Below are positions 27,138 through 36,284 of a stretch of 64,000 bases of DNA, piece by piece. The stretch covers positions 224,001 to 288,000 of the forward strand of contig CAXXGI010000002.1 of the NCBI GenBank assembly GCA_963674695.2, read 5' to 3'. This DNA comes from a bacterium. GTDB lineage: Bacteria; UBA10199; 2-02-FULL-44-16; JAAZCA01. The position numbers and the translations under genes were made by a program. The notes beneath the pieces are model-generated. The model was given only the letters and a program-made list of their open reading frames with translations. It did no database searches and was not told the origin of the DNA. The number at the start of each line of letters is the position of its first letter. Position 1 is the first letter of the stretch.

Positions 27138-28022
27138 TCAATTCCCCTTTTCCATCAGGATCTCATAGAAACAGCTCGCCGCGTCGGTGAGCGCGGCATC
27201 GCGTTTGCGCACGAGGCAGATCGTGCGTTTGAAAGGGTCGCCCTGGATGCGCACGCCGATGGCGCGGCGCTTCGGGATTTCCTCTTCGATGAACGATTGG
27301 GAGAGCAGCGCCACCCCCATGCCGACCTCGGCCAGGCGCACGGCGGCCGAGTTGATGTAGACGTCGATGATCTCGCGCGGGACGATTCCCTCCTTGTGAA
27401 AGACCTCGTCGATGATGCGGCGCGTGCGGCTGCGGCGCGGATAGATGAGCAGCGGATGCTCGGCCAGTGTCTCCAGCGTGATGCGCTTCTTTTTGGCCAG
27501 CGCGTGCGTGCGGGCCACGAGCGCATCGAACCGATCGTGATAGAGGATCTCCTCGTTCAAGAGCGGGTGTGAACGCGCCCCCGCGGAGATGATCCCCAGG
27601 TCGTAGTGTCCGCGCAGGACCCCCTCTTCGATATCCTTCGAGTCGTCCACATCCAGTTGAATTTTCACCTTGGGATAGCGGTCGCGAAACCGCGCCAGCG
27701 CCGGCGGCACGACCGTCTGCGTCGAGGCATCGGTGAGGCCGAGCTTGAGCGTTCCGACCGGGCCGCTGGTCTGTTGGGCAAGCTGGGCGAGCGCCTGCGA
27801 TTCCTCCAGGAGATGGCGCGCCTTGCCCAAAAAGAGGCGACCGAAATCATTCAGCGCCAGGCGTCGGCCGCTGCGATCGAAGAGCTCGCGCCCCACCTCC
27901 TCCTCCAGGCGGGCCAGATGTTGGCTGACCCCCGGCTGGGTCATCCCCAAGCGCTGGGCCGCCCGCGTGGCGGTCCCGTCTTCGGCGACCGCGATAAAGA
28001 TGGTCAGGTCGATGAGGTCCAT
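27138..28022 (-). CDS. LysR-family transcriptional regulator
   Basis: N-terminal HTH (TRAAQRLGMTQPGVSQHLARLEEEVGRELFDR); 294 aa. Confidence 0.95.
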   Translation of the reverse strand: MDLIDLTIFIAVAEDGTATRAAQRLGMTQPGVSQHLARLEEEVGRELFDRSGRRLALNDFGRLFLGKARHLLEESQALAQLAQQTSGPVGTLKLGLTDASTQTVVPPALARFRDRYPKVKIQLDVDDSKDIEEGVLRGHYDLGIISAGARSHPLLNEEILYHDRFDALVARTHALAKKKRITLETLAEHPLLIYPRRSRTRRIIDEVFHKEGIVPREIIDVYINSAAVRLAEVGMGVALLSQSFIEEEIPKRRAIGVRIQGDPFKRTICLVRKRDAALTDAASCFYEILMEKGN

Positions 28023-28175
28023 GATTCCTCCGGCGATTCAATAAGATAGCATTATGTGACCAATCATAACGAATAATTTCATATTATACAACCCCGGTGC
28101 CATACTGGCTTCAAATCAAGCGATCGATTCTCCCTCTTTCCATGAGGGGAAGAGGACCATTTGAGGAGGTGGACC

Positions 28176-28427
28176 ATGTTTAACATTTTAGAGCTGTTGC
28201 TCGGACGGCGCTTTCAGCGAAGCGTCACGTCCGAGACAAAACGAAGGGATGAGGAGCGCGAATTCGTCCGGCGGTATGCCCAGAAAAACCGCTATCCGGC
28301 GATCAAGACGATTCGTGCCGAGACGCTCATCACACCGGATACCTCAAGCGATGACGGCGTTCGCATGCCGTCTCAAAAGCGCACCAAGCGTGCGAGTATT
28401 CGCCGGGGGATGGTGCGTCGCCCCTGA
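28176..28427 (+). CDS. Small basic hypothetical protein divergent from LysR
   Basis: Strong GAGGAGG RBS before ATG 28176. Confidence 0.55.
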   Translation: MFNILELLLGRRFQRSVTSETKRRDEEREFVRRYAQKNRYPAIKTIRAETLITPDTSSDDGVRMPSQKRTKRASIRRGMVRRP

Positions 28428-28700
28428 TGAGGGGTCTGCGAAAGCGATGCACGGGGCTCGGTCCAAGGATCGGGCCCCGATTGCATATAAGCAGTCATTA
28501 TCATCTCTATAAATTCTTATAATTTCCAATTATAAAACGAGTGTGGCAGAATGGGTCTCGTTGATACGGGAACAGACGCAATTAGGCGAACATTCCCAAA
28601 GGGCCCAAAAAGCCCAACCACACACATCCAGGGCGAGCCGCAGGATTTGAATCTCAGATTTTTCGACCGCGCCATTGGAGAAACATTTTGGAGGTAGGCC

Positions 28701-29543
28701 ATGAAGAACCAGACCATGAATACGAACATCGATTTGAACACGATCACCACCAGCACGGAGCCGCTCTATGTGACGCGCGACTACCTGACCGGTACGCTCT
28801 GCCGTGAAGGCCGCTCGACCTTGAGCGACGTCATCGGTATCTATGCGAAGACCGGAAATGATTACGTCCAGGTTTCCAAGGGTATCCTCTTCTATAGCCT
28901 CTATGCCGAGGGAGAGCTCGTCATCGTCGATCAGATCGGCGAGAACCAGACCTTCACCCGTGAGGTCATCGAAGCGTTGCCGTTGAACTTCTTGCCCGAG
29001 GCGTTCACAAGCGTTTGGACGAACACCATTCGCCAGAACGTCACCGCCGGTGCGAATCTCGGACGCAATGATGTATTGAACCTCTGGCGCTCCTTCATGA
29101 TCGAGGCGATGTATGGGAAGGAAAACCTGATCAACGCCACAGGCGTGCCGTTTACCACCGAGATGCACAAGGGCGCGCTCAACGCCTCGCGCGACATCCT
29201 CTGCTATACCCTCTATCATGAGGGCGTGCATCAGGTGTTCGATTTCGTCGGAACGGGCAACGGAACCACGCAGGAGAACGTGCTGAACACGCCGATGGAA
29301 TTTCTGCCGACAGAGCTCAAGACCGAATGGCGCAAGACGGTGCTCGGTCGCATTCCGACCGGTGCTGCGACCACGCGCGACGAGGTCATGAACATCTGGA
29401 AGAACTTCTGTCTGCACACGGTCTATGAAGGAAACGACGCCATCGTGAACACCTATGCCAATATCGGCAAGGACGCGTCGAGTTTCGCCCGCATGGTCGG
29501 CATCTGCGGACCGATCGTTCCCACCCGGAACGCCGTGATGTAA
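28701..29543 (+). CDS. Orphan protein with two internal ~60-90-aa repeats
   Basis: GGAGG RBS; repeats P.NFLP..FTSVW...GRNDVLNLWRSF and PMEFLP..LKTEW...TRDEVMNIWKNF; hairpin plus T-run downstream. Confidence 0.8.
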   Translation: MKNQTMNTNIDLNTITTSTEPLYVTRDYLTGTLCREGRSTLSDVIGIYAKTGNDYVQVSKGILFYSLYAEGELVIVDQIGENQTFTREVIEALPLNFLPEAFTSVWTNTIRQNVTAGANLGRNDVLNLWRSFMIEAMYGKENLINATGVPFTTEMHKGALNASRDILCYTLYHEGVHQVFDFVGTGNGTTQENVLNTPMEFLPTELKTEWRKTVLGRIPTGAATTRDEVMNIWKNFCLHTVYEGNDAIVNTYANIGKDASSFARMVGICGPIVPTRNAVM

Positions 29544-29568
29544 GGCAGGCATGAACGTCCCGTATACG

Positions 29569-29642
29569 CACCGATACGCCGGTCATCCGTTTGGCTCCAA
29601 ACCCCAAACCCCCACGGATGGCCGGCGATCGGTGTTTTTTTG
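29569..29642 (+). terminator. Long hairpin followed by T-run
   Basis: caccgat-cgccggtcatccgt pairs with acggatggccggcg-atcggtg, then ttttttt. Confidence 0.7.
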
Positions 29643-29689
29643 TGCAAGCCACGTCAATTTTACCGAGCCAAACAATGTTGAAAAAGAGG

Positions 29690-29715
29690 GCATCATTTTG
29701 TGGGTGTCTCCGATA
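29690..29715 (+). promoter_or_regulatory. Putative sigma-28-like promoter (GCA-N18-CGATA)
   Basis: gcatcattttgtgggtgtctccgataa upstream of 29754. Confidence 0.5.
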
Positions 29716-29753
29716 ACTCTAGTGTTGAGGGGGATACGCCACAGGAGCATATG

Positions 29754-31397
29754 ATGGGCAACGTCAAACGCAGACTGGTGAAAGATTTCTACCCGCCGTG
29801 TGAACAGCTCGGCGAAAAAAAAGGAGAGCCCTTCGAGTGCGCCTGCAAGGTGCTCGTTCGCCAGTGCTTTGGCAAGAAGAAGAAGGGGCAGAAGAACGTT
29901 TCGCTCGATGGGGCATCTCGATCCTTTTCGATCGAGTCGGGCATTCCCTGTGCCGAGGCGGCTCCGGGTCTCTTTAACGGAGTCAGCCGGTGGCAGGATA
30001 TTAAAACGAATGTGCGCATCGACGGCAAGCACGTCCTGACGAAGGCATGCAAGGCGAAGGTGAAGACGAAGGAACGAAAGAAGAAGAAAAAGGCGCCCGC
30101 GGCCGAAGGGGTCGCTTCCAAGGAAAAACCGTCCGAGGAGCGGAAACCGCAAAAGAGCAAACCACGGGATGTCGCGCCCGATCTCGATAGAGAAGAAGGG
30201 GGGCCGGCGCAAGAGACGATCCTCGACACGAATTTGTCCGTGCCGAAATCACGAGGCGTTCTCTTCTCCCCGCTCGCACGCGAGCTGTGGCAAGAATACG
30301 CCCTTGCGCATCTCACACAGCTGCATGCGAATCACTCTATTCGCCCGAAGGCGGTCGGTACGATGGGCGCCGCACAGGATCGTGATCAGAATCATGCCAT
30401 CGGCAGTGCACGGGTCGGTGTGCAGGCCTTCTCACTCTGGAACGATCACTTTTCCTCTTCGGCGGACGTCGCCTTCGCGGCCGGAAAGACCGCTGCGGGC
30501 TTTCGGCGCACGAACGATCCGGGGACGTTTCGCCTCGATGCTTCCGGCGACGGCACCTTCATGGAGGTCGACGAGCTCTCATTCGAGGTCATCTGGGCGG
30601 ACGAGCTGCGCAAGAAAGAGCATGTCTATGCGGTGCACGCCCGCGCGGGTGCGGCCGACGATATCGGCAAGGGCATCGACTATGGCCTCTCGCACAGCGC
30701 CGGCTGGTGGGGCGGCACGAAGCTCATCGGCTCCGGCGTCGGTGCGGGTATAGCACCTGAATTCATCCTGCATGACGGTGCGCTGAAGATCGGGGGCTCG
30801 GTCGGCCTGATCGACGAGGAGAGCGGATCGGCAGAGACGAAGAAGGACGGGAGCGCCGTGCAGGGCTCGGCGCACATCCAGGGGGATGCGATCGCAGGTC
30901 AGCTGGACCTGGGCCTTGCCTTCCACGGATCGGGCGGCTTCGCCGGTACGGGCGCCGGGGCCGTGAAGGGACAACAGCTCTATACGGTCGACGCCGGGAT
31001 CGGCGGCAATTGGAGAGACACCGTGCATCGCGTGACGGCCAATGTTCGCTATCATCGCTTCGAGTCGAAGGGGGATCTGGACTTCAACCAATACGCCGGT
31101 TCAGTCGGCTATCGCGTTCTCTACGGGGGCTACTCGTTCATCTTCCACGGGACGGCGCTCGCCTCGTTCGTCCGGCGCGATGAAGGCGCAACGGAGCGGG
31201 TCGTCTCATCGGACGGGAAGACGACCGTGCCGATGCTGGACAACACTGGCATGGAGGTGACGCTTCGACCCGGGATCATGCTCAGGGGGATCGGTATCAG
31301 ACCCGAGATCTCGCTGATGGGGATGGGTCATGACGGAATGGATTTTGCCTGGTCCGGTATGCTCACCGTTGGCATTGGGCCGGAGGTCTTTGAATAA
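29754..31397 (+). CDS. Type-II Cys/Lys-rich N-domain fused to a predicted beta-barrel-like C-domain
   Basis: Begins MGNVKRRLVKDFYPPCEQLGEK; Lys-rich linker; C-terminal Gly/aromatic alternating strands (VTANVRYHRF, YAGSVGYRVLY, WSGMLTVGIG); no Sec signal. Confidence 0.8.
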   Translation: MGNVKRRLVKDFYPPCEQLGEKKGEPFECACKVLVRQCFGKKKKGQKNVSLDGASRSFSIESGIPCAEAAPGLFNGVSRWQDIKTNVRIDGKHVLTKACKAKVKTKERKKKKKAPAAEGVASKEKPSEERKPQKSKPRDVAPDLDREEGGPAQETILDTNLSVPKSRGVLFSPLARELWQEYALAHLTQLHANHSIRPKAVGTMGAAQDRDQNHAIGSARVGVQAFSLWNDHFSSSADVAFAAGKTAAGFRRTNDPGTFRLDASGDGTFMEVDELSFEVIWADELRKKEHVYAVHARAGAADDIGKGIDYGLSHSAGWWGGTKLIGSGVGAGIAPEFILHDGALKIGGSVGLIDEESGSAETKKDGSAVQGSAHIQGDAIAGQLDLGLAFHGSGGFAGTGAGAVKGQQLYTVDAGIGGNWRDTVHRVTANVRYHRFESKGDLDFNQYAGSVGYRVLYGGYSFIFHGTALASFVRRDEGATERVVSSDGKTTVPMLDNTGMEVTLRPGIMLRGIGIRPEISLMGMGHDGMDFAWSGMLTVGIGPEVFE

Positions 31398-31410
31398 AGA
31401 GGACACGCAT

Positions 31411-32394
31411 ATGGGAAACGATATCACCAAACCCCGCCAGGCGCGGGCGGCATGCAAAGAGACGTTCACAAAGGGGAGCGCAAAACGCCGCCTCTGTTTG
31501 AAAAACGTCACGGCCTGTTCGAAGGCGAACAAGGCCGACGCGGGCGACGATGCGGCCCAAGATGAGTATGTGGCTTGTCTAAACGGTGTCGTGACGGCAG
31601 CGGAGAAGGGGGCGGGCCTCTCCCGCAACAATGCGCCATCGCGTCCGGTGAAAAAGAAGAAAAAGCCGAGACGGGGAGCGGATGCCGATCGTTCACGCAA
31701 GCGGAAGGGACGGTCTCATCGCGCGCGTCAGCAAAAGACGCCGCGCGCATCGGAGGGGAGTTTCATCTCGCGCTGGACCAGTGGCGGGCTGAACGTGGAG
31801 GAGGCCCTCCTCGATATCAAGGAGAGCCGGCACTATGCCCGTTATAGCAACCGCGACGATGAGTCGCTCGTCTGTGCTCTCGAGATCACGCCGAGCCGGA
31901 AGCTCAACGTCGACTGGTGTGCGCAATACGATCAGGAGAAAAAGGAGCTCAAGGCCAAGACGACTTCACCGGCGGTGCTGCAATACGTCAAGTCGTTCAG
32001 TATCTTCTTCTATGGGCGGTACGGTGACCGACTCCAATCGATCTTCACGAAAGAGGAGGCCGAGCTCAAAGAGGAAGGCCTCATGACGCCGTGGGCGCTG
32101 GCCAAGCGCTATCGCGTGCGCGGGCGCTGCTATGGTTCCGGCCCCTTCAGCGGGGCGACGCTGGGCAACATTCAGGACTGGCTCGATCCAAAGGCCTGTC
32201 CAGAAGCCGAGGTGCGCTTCTCCGTCGGAGGCTTGAGCGTCACGGCGGGTTGGACGGTCGGTGAAAAGGATTCCGAGTTGGCCGAGCTCGTCGGCATCGA
32301 GAGCGATCGCAAGACCCCCGATATCGTTTTGGAAGGGGAGATGATTCCGACGATCACGCTCGTCGATGTCGAATTGGAACTGGAAGGATTGTAA
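31411..32394 (+). CDS. Type-I (PRQAR-Cys) paralogue 1
   Basis: Begins MGNDITKPRQARAAC...CLKNVTACSKANKADA; GAGGA RBS. Confidence 0.85.
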   Translation: MGNDITKPRQARAACKETFTKGSAKRRLCLKNVTACSKANKADAGDDAAQDEYVACLNGVVTAAEKGAGLSRNNAPSRPVKKKKKPRRGADADRSRKRKGRSHRARQQKTPRASEGSFISRWTSGGLNVEEALLDIKESRHYARYSNRDDESLVCALEITPSRKLNVDWCAQYDQEKKELKAKTTSPAVLQYVKSFSIFFYGRYGDRLQSIFTKEEAELKEEGLMTPWALAKRYRVRGRCYGSGPFSGATLGNIQDWLDPKACPEAEVRFSVGGLSVTAGWTVGEKDSELAELVGIESDRKTPDIVLEGEMIPTITLVDVELELEGL

Positions 32395-32420
32395 CAGAAA
32401 CGGAAAGGGAGGATAACAAC

Positions 32421-33422
32421 ATGGCAAGCAAAATCAACAACCCCAGACAGGCGCGGGTGGCGTGTCGGGAAAAGTTCGAAAAGGGGAGCGACGAACGCCT
32501 GCTCTGCTTGAAAAACGTCAAGGCCTGCACGAAGGCGAACAAGGCCGACGCGAGCGAGTTCGTCTTTGCAAGCGATGCGGGAAAAGAGGTCACCAGGCAG
32601 AGCTTCAAAGGCTGTCTGCGCTATGCCCCGACGGCGGCACGCAAGGGCATGTCGCTGGTGAAGGATCAGGGCAGCACGCCGCGCGCGGAGAAGAAGCCCT
32701 CGAGGAAGCGGCGTGGGCCGAAGCGCAGGTCCGCTCCTTCGGATGGGGGTCGCACATCGGTGTCGACACTTCGGCCGGAGAAGGTGGAATTTGCATTCAA
32801 CAATAAAAGTAAAGTTCGCGCACTCTATCGCGACAGCGCTCATGGCGACATGGTCTGCTCATTTCGTCTCCTGGGCGATGGAGGTGTGAAGGGATATAAA
32901 TCGCTTAAGGGGGCAAGTCCTCGCTTGGATAGCTGTCGCCCTCACGGTAAAGGAAAAGGGGATGCACCGATAGCGCTGGCCAAGCGCGAGCGTGGTGCGC
33001 TTACGCGATCGGCCCGGAAATTTATTGGAGAGTCAGCCGAGGCGATGGAGAAGAATTTCGGTCTCTTCGATAGATCGCTTGGTGCGCGTTCGATCGATTC
33101 CTTTTGGAAACAGGCGAAGCGCTATGGAGTCAAGGGGAGGAAGTCGGGCGAAGATGTATGGACCAAGATCCGTTCCCAGCAGGAGCTCAAGGGACGCCTG
33201 GTGGGGAAGCGCCCGGAGGTCGGACATGTTCGTATGATGCTTGGCGGAACCGAGGCCATCCTAGGGTGGGGGGCCATGTTCTCGAAGGAAGCCGGAAAGA
33301 ACCTCGCGGAAGGCACATATCCCGGGTGCCTGGATGTGGTCCTGACCGGTTCGAATATGCCGATAACGGTGTTGGTCGATCCCGAAGAGCTCTGCTGTGA
33401 TAAGGTAAAGTGGATTGACTGA
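32421..33422 (+). CDS. Type-I (PRQAR-Cys) paralogue 2
   Basis: Begins MASKINNPRQARVAC...CLKNVKACTKANKADA; GGAGG RBS. Confidence 0.85.
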   Translation: MASKINNPRQARVACREKFEKGSDERLLCLKNVKACTKANKADASEFVFASDAGKEVTRQSFKGCLRYAPTAARKGMSLVKDQGSTPRAEKKPSRKRRGPKRRSAPSDGGRTSVSTLRPEKVEFAFNNKSKVRALYRDSAHGDMVCSFRLLGDGGVKGYKSLKGASPRLDSCRPHGKGKGDAPIALAKRERGALTRSARKFIGESAEAMEKNFGLFDRSLGARSIDSFWKQAKRYGVKGRKSGEDVWTKIRSQQELKGRLVGKRPEVGHVRMMLGGTEAILGWGAMFSKEAGKNLAEGTYPGCLDVVLTGSNMPITVLVDPEELCCDKVKWID

Positions 33423-33432
33423 TTGAAGGGCA

Positions 33433-36090
33433 TCATTCATCAATCGGTCGCTCTGTCTCGCTATAAACATCCTCATAATAAGCGGCCGATTCCTGGACCT
33501 TCTCGTCCGGATGTGCAGCCATGACCTGAATGATCCTCCGCAACGCATTTCGGCGTGCTCTATTGCCGTTATAGATCTCATCGAGAAGGCCCTCAGCTTC
33601 ATCGATGGCCTTGGCCGGGATGCGAGACATATTCTCTTCCAGCCATTCTACGCCGATCTCTGAGGGTAGGCGAAAGGCGATCTCGACGCGCACGCGCATC
33701 GCTGTCGAGCGATCACGCATCTTCGCTAGAATTCGCTGTTGCAGACGAGGTTCAAGCGCATCGAACCGCGATGCGAGGTTGCGCAGCGCGCCAATACGCG
33801 CCTTATCCTGCGCTGTTCTATCTTCATCGAAGGCGATCGTTTCTAGATCCTCCACGTTGTGAATTTTCTCCATCGCCCGCTGTACTATCTTGCCGGAGTT
33901 TGGCCCGTATGTTTTCCAATTGAATGGATCGAGGTGAAATGGGTCAAAGCGTGGATGCCGCCACATGGCCTCTCGCGCGCTCTCTCGAAGATCGGGGTCG
34001 GAACTCTCTGCGAGTTTGACGAGGATGGGAACGAACGCCTCGCGATGGGGGATCTCCTCGATGGCCTCCTCCCGGATGATCTCCGGTGTTTCCGGTGAAC
34101 AGAGGCGTGAGAAGTATTCAACATCTCCCGAGAAGGGAACACGCGAGAGCAGGGAGATGAGTCGTGAGGATGCGAGCTTCTTCTCATCATTGGAGGTGCG
34201 CAATGTCTCGATTCGCGAGATGATTGTCGTGGCGAGCTGCTTGTTCTCCTGTGGTGTAGCCTCAGACGCCATCCAGTGCTCATCGAGGAATCGGAACATC
34301 TCCGTCGTAAGAACCGGTGCCGATGCGAAAAGCTGCGCGACAAGGTGATGCGCCCGACGGGGGCTCACGTTCTGACGAATCGTGTCACCCCAGAAATCGA
34401 ATGCCCTGTCTCTGGCGAGGCGCAGCTTGAGAGGTACGTGCGGTGAGTGCATAAACGCCTCGATGGCACGCGCGCGTTCATCGATGTCCTTCCACGGAAG
34501 ATCATCCTCGCCTGCCAATCGTTTTTGAAGATTCGGCTCGATCGTGTTGTCGAAGACCATCGCGATCAACTCGCGACCGAATTGGGCGCGGGCGGCGTCG
34601 TTTGCAGCAACGATACCGCGCACAAATGCCGATGGCTTTCGCTGGGCGATGGCCACTCGTGCGATTTGGCGCAGCTCGGGATCGTTCACATCGACAGAGC
34701 TCCCCGCTTTGAATTGAGTGAAGGGATCGTTCGGCAACTCCCCATCGCGCAGCGCTCGCATGAGGACGGCGCGACATGCAAGCGCCAGTTTTTCTTCATC
34801 ATGACTCCATTCCTCTTCGTGCTTTAAGAGCCTTGCCGCAATGAGCGCGCGCAGTGCGAGCGGGAGTTCTTCGTTCTCCAATCTCCCATGAAGGGCAGTT
34901 TCTGCAGCACCGCTCAACCAGTTTCGGTGCTTCACGATGCCCATGAGTTCAGAGATCGCCATATCCTGCGCTGCCAGGGGGCGCGTAGCATCATCGACGA
35001 TGCCGATCAGAAACGCGGTGCGCTCATTCATGGGGAGCGTCTGGGCGAACACCCGTACTGCTGCGACTTGATCGTTGGGTGAGCCCTTCTCGAGCCAGCG
35101 CCTCGCGCGCTTTTCCGGATCTCGCTCGGAAAGTGTCTGGCGCGTTGCCCGATGGATGTCGTTTGGCTGTCCGAGGTCGATTCCCTCTTTGGGCAGTCCC
35201 CATCCGAAGAGGCGCAGATGGGGGATGGGCGTGCGTCCATCCAGAGGTGCGAATTGCGACGGATCTTTGTTTTCGGCGATGACGAAGCGATAGCGTCCAT
35301 CGGCCTGCGCGTGAAAAGCGGGTTTGTTCTCTTGGCACGCATCGCACCAGGGCGCGGAGAAGAGGACGACGGTGTAGAGCCCCGCCTCGGGTTTGGCCAG
35401 CAGCGTATCGAGCGCGTCCGGCGTTGCCACCGAGATGACCGCAGCATCGAACGGTTGTTCATCGATGGCAGCGCCCGTAAAATAGACTGAGAGCGAATAC
35501 TCCGGGACGTTGCTCTCCCGGGTCGCCCAGTCGAAGCGTTCGCGCCATGAGATGACGCCGTCGCCGTCGTCGTCGGCTTTCTTCGATGGATTCCAGAAAC
35601 GCGGGGCGAAGGGGTGACAGAAATCCGTGAGCCCCTTCCCTGAGAGCGTGATCAATCGCACGGTGGGATCATCGGCGAAGAGCGTGGCAAAACTTCCGCT
35701 CATGCACTCGTCCATCACCACCGTCGTCTCACAGGGAAGGCGCACGATATCGGTGACAAACTCCGAGGCATAGAGCTTTCGATCGCTGAGGACGACGCCG
35801 GGCTCGCCATCTCGAATGGCGCCGTGGCCCGTGACATAGACCACGACCTCGTCGTCGGCGTCGACCATCGCTCCATCGGTGAGTTTTCCGATGGCGGCCA
35901 ACGCGGTCTTGGCGTCGCCGTCTTCGTAATATTCATCCGGTGAGACGACGATCACCTCATAGCCTTGGCGGGTGAGATCGGCGCGCGCGAGGTCGACGTT
36001 CTCCTGGTGGTGTGGGGCGCTATCCCCATTGATGATGAGGGCATAGCGACGCACGCGTCCATCGCCGGTGGTGTGAGAAGGGGTGACCAT
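33433..36090 (-). CDS. Caspase/legumain-like (clan CD) peptidase + EF-hand-like loop + thioredoxin domain + HEAT-like helical region
   Basis: YALIING, VVVYVTGHG (His), VMDECMSG (Cys), ADDDGDGVISWRE, LFSAPWCDAC; long helical C-half (e.g. SSDPDLRESAREAM). Start uncertain (36090 or 36174). Confidence 0.8.
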   Translation of the reverse strand: MVTPSHTTGDGRVRRYALIINGDSAPHHQENVDLARADLTRQGYEVIVVSPDEYYEDGDAKTALAAIGKLTDGAMVDADDEVVVYVTGHGAIRDGEPGVVLSDRKLYASEFVTDIVRLPCETTVVMDECMSGSFATLFADDPTVRLITLSGKGLTDFCHPFAPRFWNPSKKADDDGDGVISWRERFDWATRESNVPEYSLSVYFTGAAIDEQPFDAAVISVATPDALDTLLAKPEAGLYTVVLFSAPWCDACQENKPAFHAQADGRYRFVIAENKDPSQFAPLDGRTPIPHLRLFGWGLPKEGIDLGQPNDIHRATRQTLSERDPEKRARRWLEKGSPNDQVAAVRVFAQTLPMNERTAFLIGIVDDATRPLAAQDMAISELMGIVKHRNWLSGAAETALHGRLENEELPLALRALIAARLLKHEEEWSHDEEKLALACRAVLMRALRDGELPNDPFTQFKAGSSVDVNDPELRQIARVAIAQRKPSAFVRGIVAANDAARAQFGRELIAMVFDNTIEPNLQKRLAGEDDLPWKDIDERARAIEAFMHSPHVPLKLRLARDRAFDFWGDTIRQNVSPRRAHHLVAQLFASAPVLTTEMFRFLDEHWMASEATPQENKQLATTIISRIETLRTSNDEKKLASSRLISLLSRVPFSGDVEYFSRLCSPETPEIIREEAIEEIPHREAFVPILVKLAESSDPDLRESAREAMWRHPRFDPFHLDPFNWKTYGPNSGKIVQRAMEKIHNVEDLETIAFDEDRTAQDKARIGALRNLASRFDALEPRLQQRILAKMRDRSTAMRVRVEIAFRLPSEIGVEWLEENMSRIPAKAIDEAEGLLDEIYNGNRARRNALRRIIQVMAAHPDEKVQESAAYYEDVYSETERPIDE

Positions 36091-36222
36091 ATATAATAGG
36101 AGTATCGACCGATCGAGGGGGCAGAGTTGCGTGTGATGTGAGAGGTGAGCGACAGTCGATCTGTCGCGCCGCACGTCAATTTGACATGGCGCATTTTCAC
36201 CCGTTGCATCATAGCAATTACA

Positions 36223-36249
36223 CGCAACATTCTGTGTTATTCGCCGATA
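36223..36249 (+). promoter_or_regulatory. Putative sigma-28-like promoter with canonical GCCGATAA -10
   Basis: cgcaacattctgtgttattcgccgataa upstream of 36285. Confidence 0.7.
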
Positions 36250-36284
36250 AAAAAGGTAAGGGGTCTGCAGAGGAGAAGACGGTC

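Noticed and set aside
36103-36131. Sigma-28-like motif upstream of the caspase-like gene
   Set aside because: Spacing is N20 rather than N18, so it is not counted among the six sites and is noted only as a near-match.
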